This document shows, piece after piece, positions 14,035-25,913 of a stretch of DNA of 64,000 bases; within the stretch, counting starts at the first letter, position 1; each line of letters starts with the position of its first letter. The position numbers and the translations under genes are program-made. The DNA is taken from contig CM119377.1 of assembly GCA_051294905.1 (NCBI GenBank), forward strand, positions 29,512,001-29,576,000. The letters are read 5' to 3'. This DNA is from Botryllus schlosseri (Eukaryota). The notes beneath the pieces were generated by a model. The model was given only the letters and a program-made list of their open reading frames with translations. It was not told the origin of the DNA and did no database searches.

Positions 14035-17000
14035 GTAATAATGAATATTCAATAATGAATCCACAAGAGAAATTAAGTGGCCCTTGATTTTAGAATGAGA
14101 TTGTAATTTGATTAACGAAGTGCGAGATCATTAACGTTCATCAGGGTGTTAAAGATAGTTTCCCAATTTCATCGACTCGTTTTTGAAATCGTCATAATGT
14201 CTATAAATGCTGCTCACCAAATTTTGCTCGCAATTCCAACCAGTAGAAACCGACCAGGATCAAACTTGTAATGGTGGTGGCAGATTTCGTGATTTCGACA
14301 AGACCTGAAATCGTGTTCCATGCATGCCTGAACGAGAAGTGATGCTTTTCCAAGCGTTTTCAGGTTGACAAAGTCCTGTGATAGAATTTGTCAGTGTATC
14401 ATAGTTGTCGAGTTGCGTCACTTTCATGGACGGACACAGGCGCGTATAATTGTATTACCTCGAAAGGAAATGTGAGTATACCCAGTCAATCTTGAAGTCA
14501 TCCCGAATGGCGAAGATCAATAATAATAATCAATCAATCATCGTCATATTATATTTTCATGCGACCAAGACAAGGGGTGGGCAACCTGCAGCCGCAGGAG
14601 AATATTTGTGCAGCCATGGATAGTTGGACACGTAATTCAATTAGCCTGTGTTGGCGGCCGTCGACATGAAAATTGAATTAACGAATTGATTCCCGAATAT
14701 TCGAGAGATTAATTAAAATCTGGGACATTTAATTGATCATGAAATTTTTTTCGCGCGCGATTCAATGCGACTTCATTTTTCGACTTTAATATAGTAGTGG
14801 GTTAGGGTTGCATTTAAAACAAACATGTTTAAAACAATGCCCCAATTGGAAACATGTTTTTTATTGGTTTTTGTGTTTTTTTCAAGCCACGAAGTCACTG
14901 ATATTCGATTGTGACGTCATAGTGGATTGACATTGACAATTGAAAGAATAGGGTAAAAATAGCTCCTTTGACGAAATATATGTAGCCTACTATTGCTGTT
15001 GAACCGACTATTTTGAAGGTTCCAACCATCCCATATTGGCCGCAGACTCATACAACATGTTTTCTGTAAAGTATTTAAACAATTATGGCATAATTTTACA
15101 ACTTGAAAAATAATTTTTTTTTTTCAAAACATGTTTAAAACGAAGTGTTTTAAAATACCGTTTGTTTCAAATGCAACCATAAGTGGGTATAACGATGCGA
15201 ACAGAGGAGGAAAATGGTGCACTCCATTTACAAATACCAACTTGGAATCGTGTGCTCCTTACGAAATAATTTTGTTTCTGGTACGTTTGTGAGATTCCAA
15301 TATCTTACCACTTTACCGAAAATCCTGATGGGAGGCCAAGAAATAACAGCAGGCAACAAAGTGACTAATAACAATTGGCCCAACCGAAGATGCATGGTCA
15401 CATGGGCTGAGAAAGGATACATTTTTGATAGCAATATGTGAAACTACTAATATTAATGACGAAATTCATTCGCGAATCTGAAAAAAAAGTACCAGTCATT
15501 ACATGACCACTAGCGATTTCGATTCTTTATAGTAAGACAATATGAAAAAGTTGATTAATCCAGACTTCATCGGAAATGGACATGGACAGTTTGAGATGAA
15601 TATTTGGTGTCCAGTCAGTTCATCGCTACAATATGACCTGCTGGAATGCGTTTGTGAATAGCAAAACTGTTGGCCACCCCTTATCGAGACACACACAATG
15701 TACAATCGATAAGACGCATTGCGATATAATGAACAGATACGAGGATGCCGAAACAACCAGTTTTTTTTTTAAATTGACATCCACCTCCGTACCATAGGCG
15801 CTTATCGTTGCCAATACGCTAACTCCCGCGTATATGCCCCATATGCGGATCTCCAATTGTCCTGCTAACAAGGTTGATCAAATCTCGTGCAGGTTGCAGT
15901 TTACATGTACTACGGATTTTCGCACGGCGAGTGGATGACCTACCACTACGATCTTTATGAAAGCCCACTTGTATTTGATACGGGATACAGGAAGCAAGCG
16001 TGGAGATTCGCGTCTTACATACTCATTCATCTCGGGTGAGTAAATCGAAACGAATGATCGCATGAAGTGTTCAATGCACTTCATAAGTTGCATGTAACTA
16101 AGGAATAACTAACCTATAGTTATCCCTAATGAAATATTGTCTTCATGAATAGCGCGTCGGGAGTTTGTTGAAGGTTGCTTGAATTTGTATACTTTGACAG
16201 TCTTGGGCATCTCATATTGAATGTACCTGCTCAACTCATTCTTGGAATACCGTTGGAAAAGGTTCACGGGCACATCAGACTTGGAACCATCTACATGGCA
16301 GGAGTAGTCGCGGGTTCGTGACTATGTTGTTGATATCTCCTGACTCATTTCTCCTGATTGATTGATTGATAGATTGATTGTCGGCCAAAACAGTTTACAG
16401 CATCGTATTGTATATGCAGGGCGGGCCAAATTTTATAAGTATAAGTCTTGGTATATGGTTTATCTTTAAAAGATGGTCCAGTTCTGATGCCTCCCAGGCA
16501 TTTATCAATCGGCAGATTCAACTAAGATTGAAACATTCTGCCTAAATATAACTAGAGTTTGCACTCCTTATAGCGCGCAGCAAAGTGATGCCATGTAGTT
16601 GAGCTATCATGCCCAGAATACTTATCGAAAATTCAATTTGTAAATCCAGCCCTCGTATATACTAAAATTTTAAAAGTTGGCTATATTGTATTGCAAGTGC
16701 CCATAATCTTGAATTGGATAGCACAATTATAAACTCTCAACTTGAGTATTTTCTAGAAGTAGTATTACACCAAAAGTTGACCACGTCAAGGGATATTTCC
16801 GTCAATGTCAAAGTGCTATGTACACTTGGTACCAGACATGAGCATGAGGTAATCGTGATTTGTAATCGTAATCCATTACGACGATTACAGCATTTTCAAG
16901 TAATTGTAATCGCAATCGATTATATTTGAAAATAAATATGAAGTACGTGATCGTAATAGATCATTTCACATACCTAATCGATTTGTCTGTGAAAGAACGA

Positions 17001-20000
17001 TTACTTTTTACTTGTGCGTACACGTAGGCTTTAAGATACCATGACATGAACTGAAAATTCGTGAACTTGAACAAGAAAGATTACGATAATATATCAGGTT
17101 ATTGATAGCCGAAACGCAGGAATTACAAACGCCACTGCTCATTATTACGTCACGAGTATTAGCTTTGCTCGTCATTGCGTAACGAGATCGAATTATCCAC
17201 ACGCACTGCAGCAAAGTCACTCAACTATGACAAGTCGTCCGACTAATAAGCGCAATGTTATGATAGTACTGGAGCGCAAAATGTTGCACAAAAGTCCGTC
17301 GGCGCTAACCTGCGGTAATGGAAATCAGTGCTTGCCGACCTTATATTTCGACTTTTAACGGTTATTTCTCGAGAATTATTTGGCTGTGTGGGATTTCAAG
17401 GATTGCAGTATGTATTTCAACGATATTAAAACGAAATATTTCTATATGGTTGACCTTCAAACGAAATATACCTTATATATGCTGCAATATCAATCTTGGC
17501 GTAGACCGAAAATATTACTAGTCGGGATGCAGGATTATTGCTGGTCATGACCGTCCAGTTTTACATTCCACCATAGCCGCACGAATTCCATGACCTGGTA
17601 TCACTGCCCAATGGAACTGGAGTACTCACTGACTAGACAACCAACCTGCAAGCAGACAGCTACCACCCTTCACACCAGGATTTCTGACTAGCCTCCGCTT
17701 CTAAACACATGTCTGCAGCAACTTTTATGCAATAGATGAGAACTAACATGTAGAAACCTTATCCTCAAAGTCCTCAGATGTAAAAATAAGTTTTTTATTA
17801 TTTTTTGTCTTATACCTGACCTTACAGCACATTTCCAAGCATACTGGTTTCTCCCTCGTACGATTCTTCGTTTCTCTTCAACAATTCTAAATCTGACAAC
17901 AAATTTACGGGTGCTTTCTGTGCTAGATCCAAGTATTTGGATGACACGAAATATAGGTAGTCCCAGCCATTTATTGAAATTTCCATCAGATCAAAACACC
18001 TCAAGATGGCAATATAAGGAAAACAATTGAACAGTGTCTAAATGATTTGGATCGGTCATTTTAATCAGTCCCGCACCTTGACCAAGAGCATGTAAATAAG
18101 AGGCATATACACTCCAGGAAAAGAAAACATAAAAAGGACTAGCAATAAAAATGTCAACATATCATATCACAGTCCTGCAGGCCGAATTGTATTCATTCAG
18201 TAAAAACAGCTTGCATGTAGACTTAGACATGCTTGACGACTGCCGGTAATGTCCATTCTCGGTAATAGCATTCTCGGCAATGGTTTTCTCGGTATTGGTA
18301 TAGGACCGGTTCATGGTGGGCTGGCTGCACGAACATCGTCCAGTGCACCACGAAAAAATGAACGATTGGTGAATGTCCAACCCACCAGGGCCAGATAGTA
18401 TAAGATACGTCTGAGAGCGATTCCATGCATTCATATTCCGAGTCATCAATTTGGGGTTCGCATGGAATATGGAATTGAGGTACCGTCATCATTTTCACAA
18501 GAAGCAATGAATTCCGTTGATGTTGCATGATAATTTCCCGCATGCAGACCTGAATAAAAATATAACATACTAAATGAATAAATACACTAAAATTGATCTC
18601 GTACCAAACTAAATAAATTTGCGAGTGCACCCTTTGTGGACTGCCCAAACCAGAGAAAATCAAGGATGCGTTTTGCAGACAATAGCAACTGCGTATGGCT
18701 ACATTACAAAGTATGCTCGATAGTCAAATGCCGGCTTCAACTGGTTTCCATGTAGGCTATTATTGGAAATTTCATTTATTGACAGATGTAATCATTTTAA
18801 AAATGCTCAAGGTCACTGATAATGACAAAGCACAACAATACGATGAAAATGATATTGCCACTTTAAGAAATTCAGGGTTTGTGAGAACCCCCGACACTGT
18901 TCCATAACCGAGGGATAAGGTTTCCAATGAGTAAAAGGTTGTGCAGCATCAAACAATGTCTTACCTGTGCAGTGTGCAGCTGTTCTCGCAACATCATATG
19001 GTATCGTGATTAGTGACGGATGGTTGAATATGCTTGACGGGTAACTCAAGGCTGATCTTAGATTATCAGCAGATGGTATTTCATTCCTATCTGCAAACGG
19101 TAATATACAATGCTAACCAATGGTACTCTTCAGCACTCAGCAGTATACAACTGAATCTTACCAGCCAGCCGCTTTCCACATCCGCACGAAGACTCATCCG
19201 AAACAACATGTACCACCTTGACCGGTTTGTTAGCAAGCGAAAAATAATTTCAAGACTCCAAAGTCTTCTCTCCATTGGTGGAATTCTTCCAGTGAAATCA
19301 TATGCTGCATAAAATATAACCCATGATTAGGATAATATAAAGACACTGAGGATGAACCATGAACGTGTCATATCACTAGGCAATGATCAATGCTGATGGT
19401 CACCTGAGACACATCAAATTTGTATTTCAGTATTTTTATTACTCAATTGGTATATACTCATAACAACAATGGACTGTATCAAGTTAACTTCACACCATAT
19501 TAGTTTTGAGAAATTAACAGTCCACATTTCATTGTGTACCGTATGTGAAAGCTAAAGGTCTCTATATTTGACTGTTACGAACACTACATGTACTACAGTA
19601 GACTTACTACTAATACTACGGTACTGTACCTTTGATCCCACTTCTTCTGAAGTGACGACGTTGAGGATTGGATTTCTTGGGAAGCGAAATAGAACAGGAC
19701 AGTCTCTGTCAGACACTATTTTGCTAATTTCTTGAGCTATCCTTCCTTCATGCGTCATTTTCTTGACCTTTCACAGCACATCCAGCCATATTTGCGCCGC
19801 GAACTCCAAATAATCCAACCTACAACGACGTTCGCCGTAAGGCGCCATACTGCATAACATCAAGTTGTGCAACATTTCTCGCTCCATGAAAATACGTTCG
19901 GACGACTTGTCATAGTTGAGTGAATTATTATAGTTCTCCAATGTACGTGTAGTATTGTGAATGAAGAACACCGACATGCGGTATAGCAGGTTGTCAATAC

Positions 20001-23000
20001 ACTTCCGTCACAACCATCTCGCAGCAGGGTAATAATCACCACTCTGCCTATAGTTTCAAATAGTTATAGTAACGTACGTATATGTTTGGTTACGCTTAGT
20101 TAAACGCACTGTGAGTCAAAAATTAATAATAGTCAGATTATATTTTCATCGGAACAAGACACACACAATGTACAATGCGATGTAATGGACAGATATAGGG
20201 GAATGCTGAACGACCAGTTGCCCGATACCACAGTTCCTTTTTAGGTGTTGCCTCTATTCCACTCGTTTCATTCTTGGTGAGTGCATTCTTTCGTCGGGTC
20301 TTTTTTCTGGGCTTTTTAGTCGCCGTAAGAACAGCGGTTGAACCCGGGCCGCCTGGGCGGTAGGCGCTTATCGTCACCACTACGCTATGAATGTTGCTGC
20401 TTCGCGATGGGTGGACAATGGGCATACGATCACCCCATGTCTTATTGGCACATATTTTCACTGCCCCAAATACTAGGCTTACCATACGTCCTCTTTTGAG
20501 AGGATTTGTCCTCTTTTTTGAAAGTGTCCACGGAGGACGCCCTTTTGTCCTCTTTTTTGAAAATTTAGGTCAGATTTAGAGCAAAGTGCGAGTGATATGC
20601 CGCAAATTAGCAGAGAAGTGACGCTCCGGCGGATATTTCAGAACGAAAAACGGTGAATTTAGCTCTGAGCGAAAAGATGACCTTTTTTTTTTTTTTTTTT
20701 TAGTCATCCACCTAGCAATGTGGAGAAAAAAACGGTATTTTGAGCTCTGAGCGGCAGTGATGACCTTTTTTTTTAGTCAACCGATCACAAAGTGTGAGAA
20801 ATTCACCGGTGCTACTCCGGTTTTGCATCTTGCAAATTTCTGAAAAAGTGTCCTCTTTTTACATTTTCAAAATATGGTAAGCCTACCAAATACCCGCAAA
20901 CCATCACGTTCGCGAAGTATTATTATGGTGATCTATAGTTCAGAAATGCATTGACTTGGCGAGCTGAACGATCTTGATTTCGGTGCATTTTGCAGCACGT
21001 GTAGGCCTAATCAATTATCCCACCGAATGGAAATTTTTCATTTCACAGCGTCGCTAGCGTCATCATTTTTTACTCCGTGCGATTTGTTAGTGGGAGCCAG
21101 TGGGGGCGTTTACGCCATATTCGCGGCGCATCTAGCCAACGCCATCCTGGTGAGTTACACACTTGGACCGTTCAATGAGGCAAGCAATGTCAAAGAGACA
21201 TTACATTTGTTTATATAGAACGGTAGTGATGTCACGAAGAAAATCTCCGGCCTCGTTCAATGCGTACTCGTATTAAGTAAGTATACTTAACAGTTCCTTT
21301 GGTATTAGTTGATAAATTTGTTCTTTCAAAGAGATTATCACTGTTACACGACGTTTTTCGACACTATACCATTCTTATTGATATACTCCCGTGCAGTGCT
21401 TTTCAACCTTTTTGAGCTCCGTTCGCACTTTTTTTGTAAAATAAATTTCATTCGCACAAACCAATTGAAAATTGTCATACAAAAAGAAGATGAAGATTTT
21501 TAACATTCTGTTCAGATGTGCAACAAATTGGCTACTATGTATCTTATGCTATCAAGTGCGTCTCATTAAAAAGGCAACTTTTTCCCCCCGTTTTGCTTAT
21601 AACTAACAATTTCACTAAAACCTTTCTCGGCCAAACAAGTTTTTGGGTTTTCTACAACGTCTACTATAGTGCTTGGATGATCTGGTCTTAAAATCTGTTC
21701 CGCACTCCTATCCAAAATACAGCGTACTTTTCGCGAGTGAAAAATGCTTGCTGGCAAAAATTGTTTTTGATCGCTGAGAGAAAGAGAGAGATATGGTATT
21801 CTTTTTCGCCTGCATCATCGAGATGCTTTGACGACGGAGATGCAATACGGCCTTTATAGTAAGGTCATCTACTCTGCACCCCCGGTTTTTTCTCCTCCAT
21901 GCTATCCGTGATTGCTGAGTGCCTAGCTGGATAGCCGCGGATATCAGTTTTCGAGTCTTTGGTCTGACCCGGCCGGGGATCGAACCCACGACCTACCGTG
22001 GAACATGCGATGCAAAAAGATCAAGGATCGTAAGCACAATAGAGCTCGCTACCTAATGAGTTATGATACGTTGCTCCAACTTGTGTTCTGTTTTTCTTTT
22101 CGATTTCCCATTTTCGGTTTCGCAAGTAGAAGAAAAGAGCAAATAATATCTTACGATACCGTGTGTTCTACTCTTAAGCTCAATATAACTTGAGAATTTC
22201 AAACAGTTTAATAGCGGTAAAGCAGCTTTTAGACTACCACAACAAATCTGAGTTTTTGTGGCATCTCGCGACCCGAGCCTCACCCATGAAAAGGAATTCA
22301 TTTTTAATATTACAGTTATATGCTACGATTTTACATGTATGACATAGGCTACAGAACGCGCAACCACAATTCTACCCATCACAGCTCCACCATGTCTTCC
22401 AGAAAAACAGTCGGACAAATCTTATCAAGAATTCTCATGATAAAGCCATTGGCTACGGTGCCCAACACAATGACCTTGGATTTGTAAAAACTATCGCAAG
22501 ATTTTTTGCAATAAATTCAACAAATATGTCATGTCATACATATTAACAGATAGCTTTGGCACCGCGTCGATCATCCAAAATTATATCCTTTGCGGTCCAT
22601 ACTTTAATAACCCTGGAAGGGGTAAAAATTTGCGTTACAGTAACTTGCAAATATGAGTATGTAATTATTGTATTTACCACTATCCTTGTGCCTCGCGCTA
22701 ATCGAACAGTTATTACGAAAATATGATGATTGTTTAGCGAAACAAAGCAGGAAGTCAATTTGACGTCATTTAACGTCCTGTCGTAGGCTCAGACGGGCTG
22801 ATAATGTCTGCCACTACACCAGTACACCAGCTTCCAAACCAGGCTTTTGGCTACGTAATAATTATAGTGCGAATACATTTATTCACTACGGCTTGTGACA
22901 GCTACGATTAGCGATGCGGCTTTATTAAGTTTTATTATATCGTCGCCACTACAAAAGCTACACTGACCTTAAATTTCCTATTAGGTTTATTTGAATTTTT

Positions 23001-23531
23001 TAAAAATCCATCACGATTCTCATTCGCACTTGATCAGGATTTTCATTCGCATCACCTTCGTCATTCGCACTGCAATTTTTTTCATTCGCACAAGTGCGAA
23101 CCGTCACACAGGTTGGAAAGCACTGCTCTCGTGGATTAGAGCGCATCGGAAAACATAGTGTCGCATTAGTCGAATCATATTATTACAATCAATATTCGAT
23201 TCGCTTTCGAGCACTCCCAACCTTATTTATGGGCGATTCATGAATGTTACTTAGTAATTTCGTACAATTCCTACTTTCAGTGTGCTTCGATTTCGGTTGC
23301 TCCATATGTAACGGATTGTGTTCTTTTTCGCTTGGTGTCGTCAAATTGTCGTCCGCTGCGCATGTTGCCGGTGCCCTGGCCGGTCTGTGCGTGGGCCTCA
23401 TGGTATTGAAGAATTTTAGGAAATCTGTCGCAGACAAAGCCGTGTTCTGGGTTGCAGTATTGGCTTACGCATGCTTGATGATATTTGCTATTTTTTGGAA
23501 TGTGTTCTGGGCCCGGGATGACAGCTGTTAA
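13909..23531 (+). CDS. Rhomboid-family intramembrane serine protease, paralog 2 (RHBDL1/2/3-like), spliced gene
   Basis: Exons 13909-14034, 15893-16035, 16201-16313, 21049-21149, 21219-21276, 23281-23531 join in frame (phases 0,0,2,1,0,1; 792 nt including stop), all GT-AG. Motifs: TM1 [13 protein letters not shown], loop-1 [23 protein letters not shown], catalytic GASGG and AHVAG. N-terminal exon uncertain. Confidence 0.88.
15893..16035 (+). CDS. Rhomboid paralog 2 exon (loop 1, WR motif)
   Basis: tgcAG|[14 protein letters not shown]...[24 protein letters not shown](G)|gtgagt. Confidence 0.9.
16201..16313 (+). CDS. Rhomboid paralog 2 exon (TM2-TM3)
   Basis: tttgacAG|[37 protein letters not shown]|gttcgt. 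Confidence 0.9.
17218..19922 (-). mobile_element. Unclassified 2.7-kb TIR DNA element with CAC termini, inside the rhomboid-2 intron
   Basis: Perfect 25-bp TIR CACTCAACTATGACAAGTCGTCCGA (17218-17242 / 19898-19922) plus a subterminal shared block GGAGCG..AAATGTTGCACAA. Flanks AAGT / AATT (imperfect 4-bp TSD at best). Decayed exon-like segments on the minus strand. Confidence 0.8.
20474..20885. mobile_element. hAT-type MITE (TAGGCTTACCATA family)
   Basis: Perfect 8-bp TSD CCAAATAC; highly similar to 6307-6675. Confidence 0.92.
21049..21149 (+). CDS. Rhomboid paralog 2 exon (TM4, catalytic Ser)
   Basis: tttcacAG|[33 protein letters not shown]|gtgagt. Confidence 0.92.
21219..21276 (+). CDS. Rhomboid paralog 2 short exon (TM5)
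   Basis: ttatatAG|[19 protein letters not shown]+a|gtaagt; 58 nt (3n+1), exactly the phase needed to join the flanking exons. Confidence 0.8.
21394..23125. mobile_element. hAT-type non-autonomous element filling most of the last rhomboid-2 intron
   Basis: TIR CAGTGCTTT(T)C(C)AACC; TSD CTCCCGTG / CTCTCGTG. Confidence 0.8.
21860..21999 (-). mobile_element. tRNA-derived SINE, 5'-truncated
   Basis: B box GGTTCGATCC (21986-21977) followed by GGTCAGACCAAAGAC and a core shared with the 54.1-kb copy. Confidence 0.65.
23281..23531 (+). CDS. Rhomboid paralog 2 terminal exon (TM6 catalytic His)
   Basis: ctttcAG|CFDFGCS...[23 protein letters not shown]...[11 protein letters not shown]; clear paralog of 782-1038. 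Confidence 0.9.
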
Positions 23532-25656
23532 TGAGAAGCGAAATTGTTTATTTCTATTATTTCTATTGTTTCAATTTTCGCACAGCAGATTTTACAGGTA
23601 AAATCGTATTTTGTAAGTGATGCATGATCCGGTTCGGTGTGTTCACTCATTTTGTAAAGATATTTCATGTTGGTCTTCAAATATTATGATATCGATTTCG
23701 CCTTCCATGACATACCACCACAATTTTGTCGCTTTCTTTTTTCAATTCCATCTTCTTTTACTTTTCATTCAGTGTGCATTCCTGCTCTTACATCGCCTAG
23801 GCCAAGGTAGGTGTCAGATTCCATGGAATACTTCTAGTCGCTTCGACATCTTCCTTTCTTTTCATTGTATCGCATTTTTGTGGTGCATGGAACTGATAAA
23901 ATTGCTCATAAACCAGTGATGATGATATGAAGTTATTATGATTCACGGTTTTCGGTTAGGGCTACGCACAATAATTGAAATACTGGAATGCGAAACGTGT
24001 ATATTGATAGTAATGATGCTACGTTGAGTGATGATGAGAGACTTTTTTTCCGAGTATCAAAATAACACGGCCCCTGGCCAGCGATAGTTTTATTTTCCAC
24101 GGGTGTTTTATAGTTTCGATAATTTAGTTTATTCATGAAATCTCGATTGATTGTAACGAAGCGTAGAAAACGTGTAATGGGATACAAAGCAGCGCAAGTT
24201 GGTGGGAGTGACAGTTCTAGAGTGATGAATATGTAATATTCTTACAGAGTGCAATGAATTCGGTATAGTTGGAAAAGGAACGAATTAATATTAGTTTATG
24301 TGTTTTATAACTGTGATCAATTTCGTGGCAGTCGTGGCTAGTCACATGATTGAACTTTACAAATAATCCATATTGTGTTGACGTCATGATGAGATGCCGT
24401 AAGACTCCCACCATTCAAGGCCTAGTACACGATTCCGAATCGTATCAATCACCTGCTCCTCCATTAGGAATTTCCCTTCTGTCGATAGACTAATCTTCTG
24501 GTGGTTATCAAATAAGACACGGTATGCATACGGTGGTGAATTATGTATCTGGTGCTAATTCTTCGTGGAGAAAGGTCCTCAAACCAGTAAATTTCCCACG
24601 TATCGCCTGTCGGTCGTAAAGCACTGGCCAGAGCTAAACACCAAATCCACCTTTCTGTCTGCTTTGGCAGTGATACATCAGCTTCGTCAGCAGCCTTGCA
24701 TTCTAGGTATCGAGATGTTCGTTATTACTTATTATACTAATTTTATCAAAGGAATCATGCCGGCAAAAGTGATGTACAATCTGATAACACTCGAGTGCAG
24801 CGAATTAGCTACACCGGATAAAATCCGAACCTTTTACAGTTACATACGTAAGAAATAGGCAATGGCGAATTGAATAAAGAAAAACAGAAAAACAAAGCTT
24901 GCTCTTCAAACACAGGCCTCTTGGACTTCCGAAATTTTCGCGTTGTAAGATAAATTTCGCGAGAAATTCGAAGACTCCTCAACTTTTTCGTCGTTGTTAG
25001 GCGGCACTTCCTGTTGAAACACAAAACGAGTTTTTTATAAATGCTGATAAATGTAAACCAAAGGTAATATAGCATTATTAAATACAGCAGAACTCACACT
25101 CATTTGCAATACAGCGTATTTTCAGACTTTCATTTCCCATCCCACTTGAAGTAGTTTGGAAATCTCTTGCAAATCTCATCTTCTACTTGTGATGAAGTAG
25201 AGATTTACACGGATACTTCTAATTCTACTTGCTGAATAAATTACCATACCTCTGCATTGAAGTGACCGATTTCTTATTTTACTAAACTTGAGCTATCATC
25301 TATTTAAAGACGATTAGTCATTCTGTGTTAGCCACATTTTCTACATTCACTTAAAGTTTATTTTAGTACTTCTACTCGTATTATGTCATTTTTGGACTAC
25401 TTTGAGCACCTCTAATTTGACAAGGCGGTGTTGAACATGTTCACTGTTCGGTACAGATCTGAAAAAATAGAGAATATTCAGCTTCTTCAAATTAGATTAG
25501 AATTAAAATGAGAGTATAGAAACATTTTACAAATTAGATTACAATTGGTTTACCAGCATATCACTGTAATCTGTCTACTTAAACAACTAGAATGATAGTT
25601 GTCCAACTGTGACGGAAGCCTGCTGTGGTAAACACTCCTATTATGCATCTATGTAT

Positions 25657-25913
25657 TTACAGATTAAGATAGATTACCGTATCTCGCAGAACCCCATACT
25701 GCCTTCTTTTTCTCCTGCAAAAATAAACGGCGCCGCAGAGAAGCGCAGTAAAGGCGATGATGCAAATCGCTAAAGCCGCTCCTTGCGAGGCCGACTTGTT
25801 ATCTGTTTTGGTCTGGTTGAAATTGCGAGACGTGACTTTCACATCCGTACATTTCAAGTTGTGCGTTTTTTCCGGTAGACAGCAATATCTTCCCGAATGG
25901 TTCTTGTGCGCTC
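25657..25913 (-). CDS. LRR-Ig receptor exon 8 (Ig F strand, TM, cytoplasmic tail)
   Basis: gtcttAG|AHKNHSGRYCC...GAALAICIIAFTALLCGAVYFCRRKRRQYGVLRDTVIYLNL*. Confidence 0.9.

Noticed and set aside
10821-16929. ORFs 10821-11030 and 16714-16929 sharing [13 protein letters not shown]
   Set aside because: Translations of the GATTAC microrepeat element, not genes.
18970-19030. [17 protein letters not shown] as a KDZ-type catalytic YD motif
   Set aside because: It lies upstream of the CxC-like fragment, the opposite of the order I would expect, so the resemblance may be chance. Not used for classification.
21860-21999. tRNA gene suggested by a B box (also at 54215-54224)
   Set aside because: No complete cloverleaf or acceptor stem, and it continues into a shared non-tRNA body, so it is a SINE.
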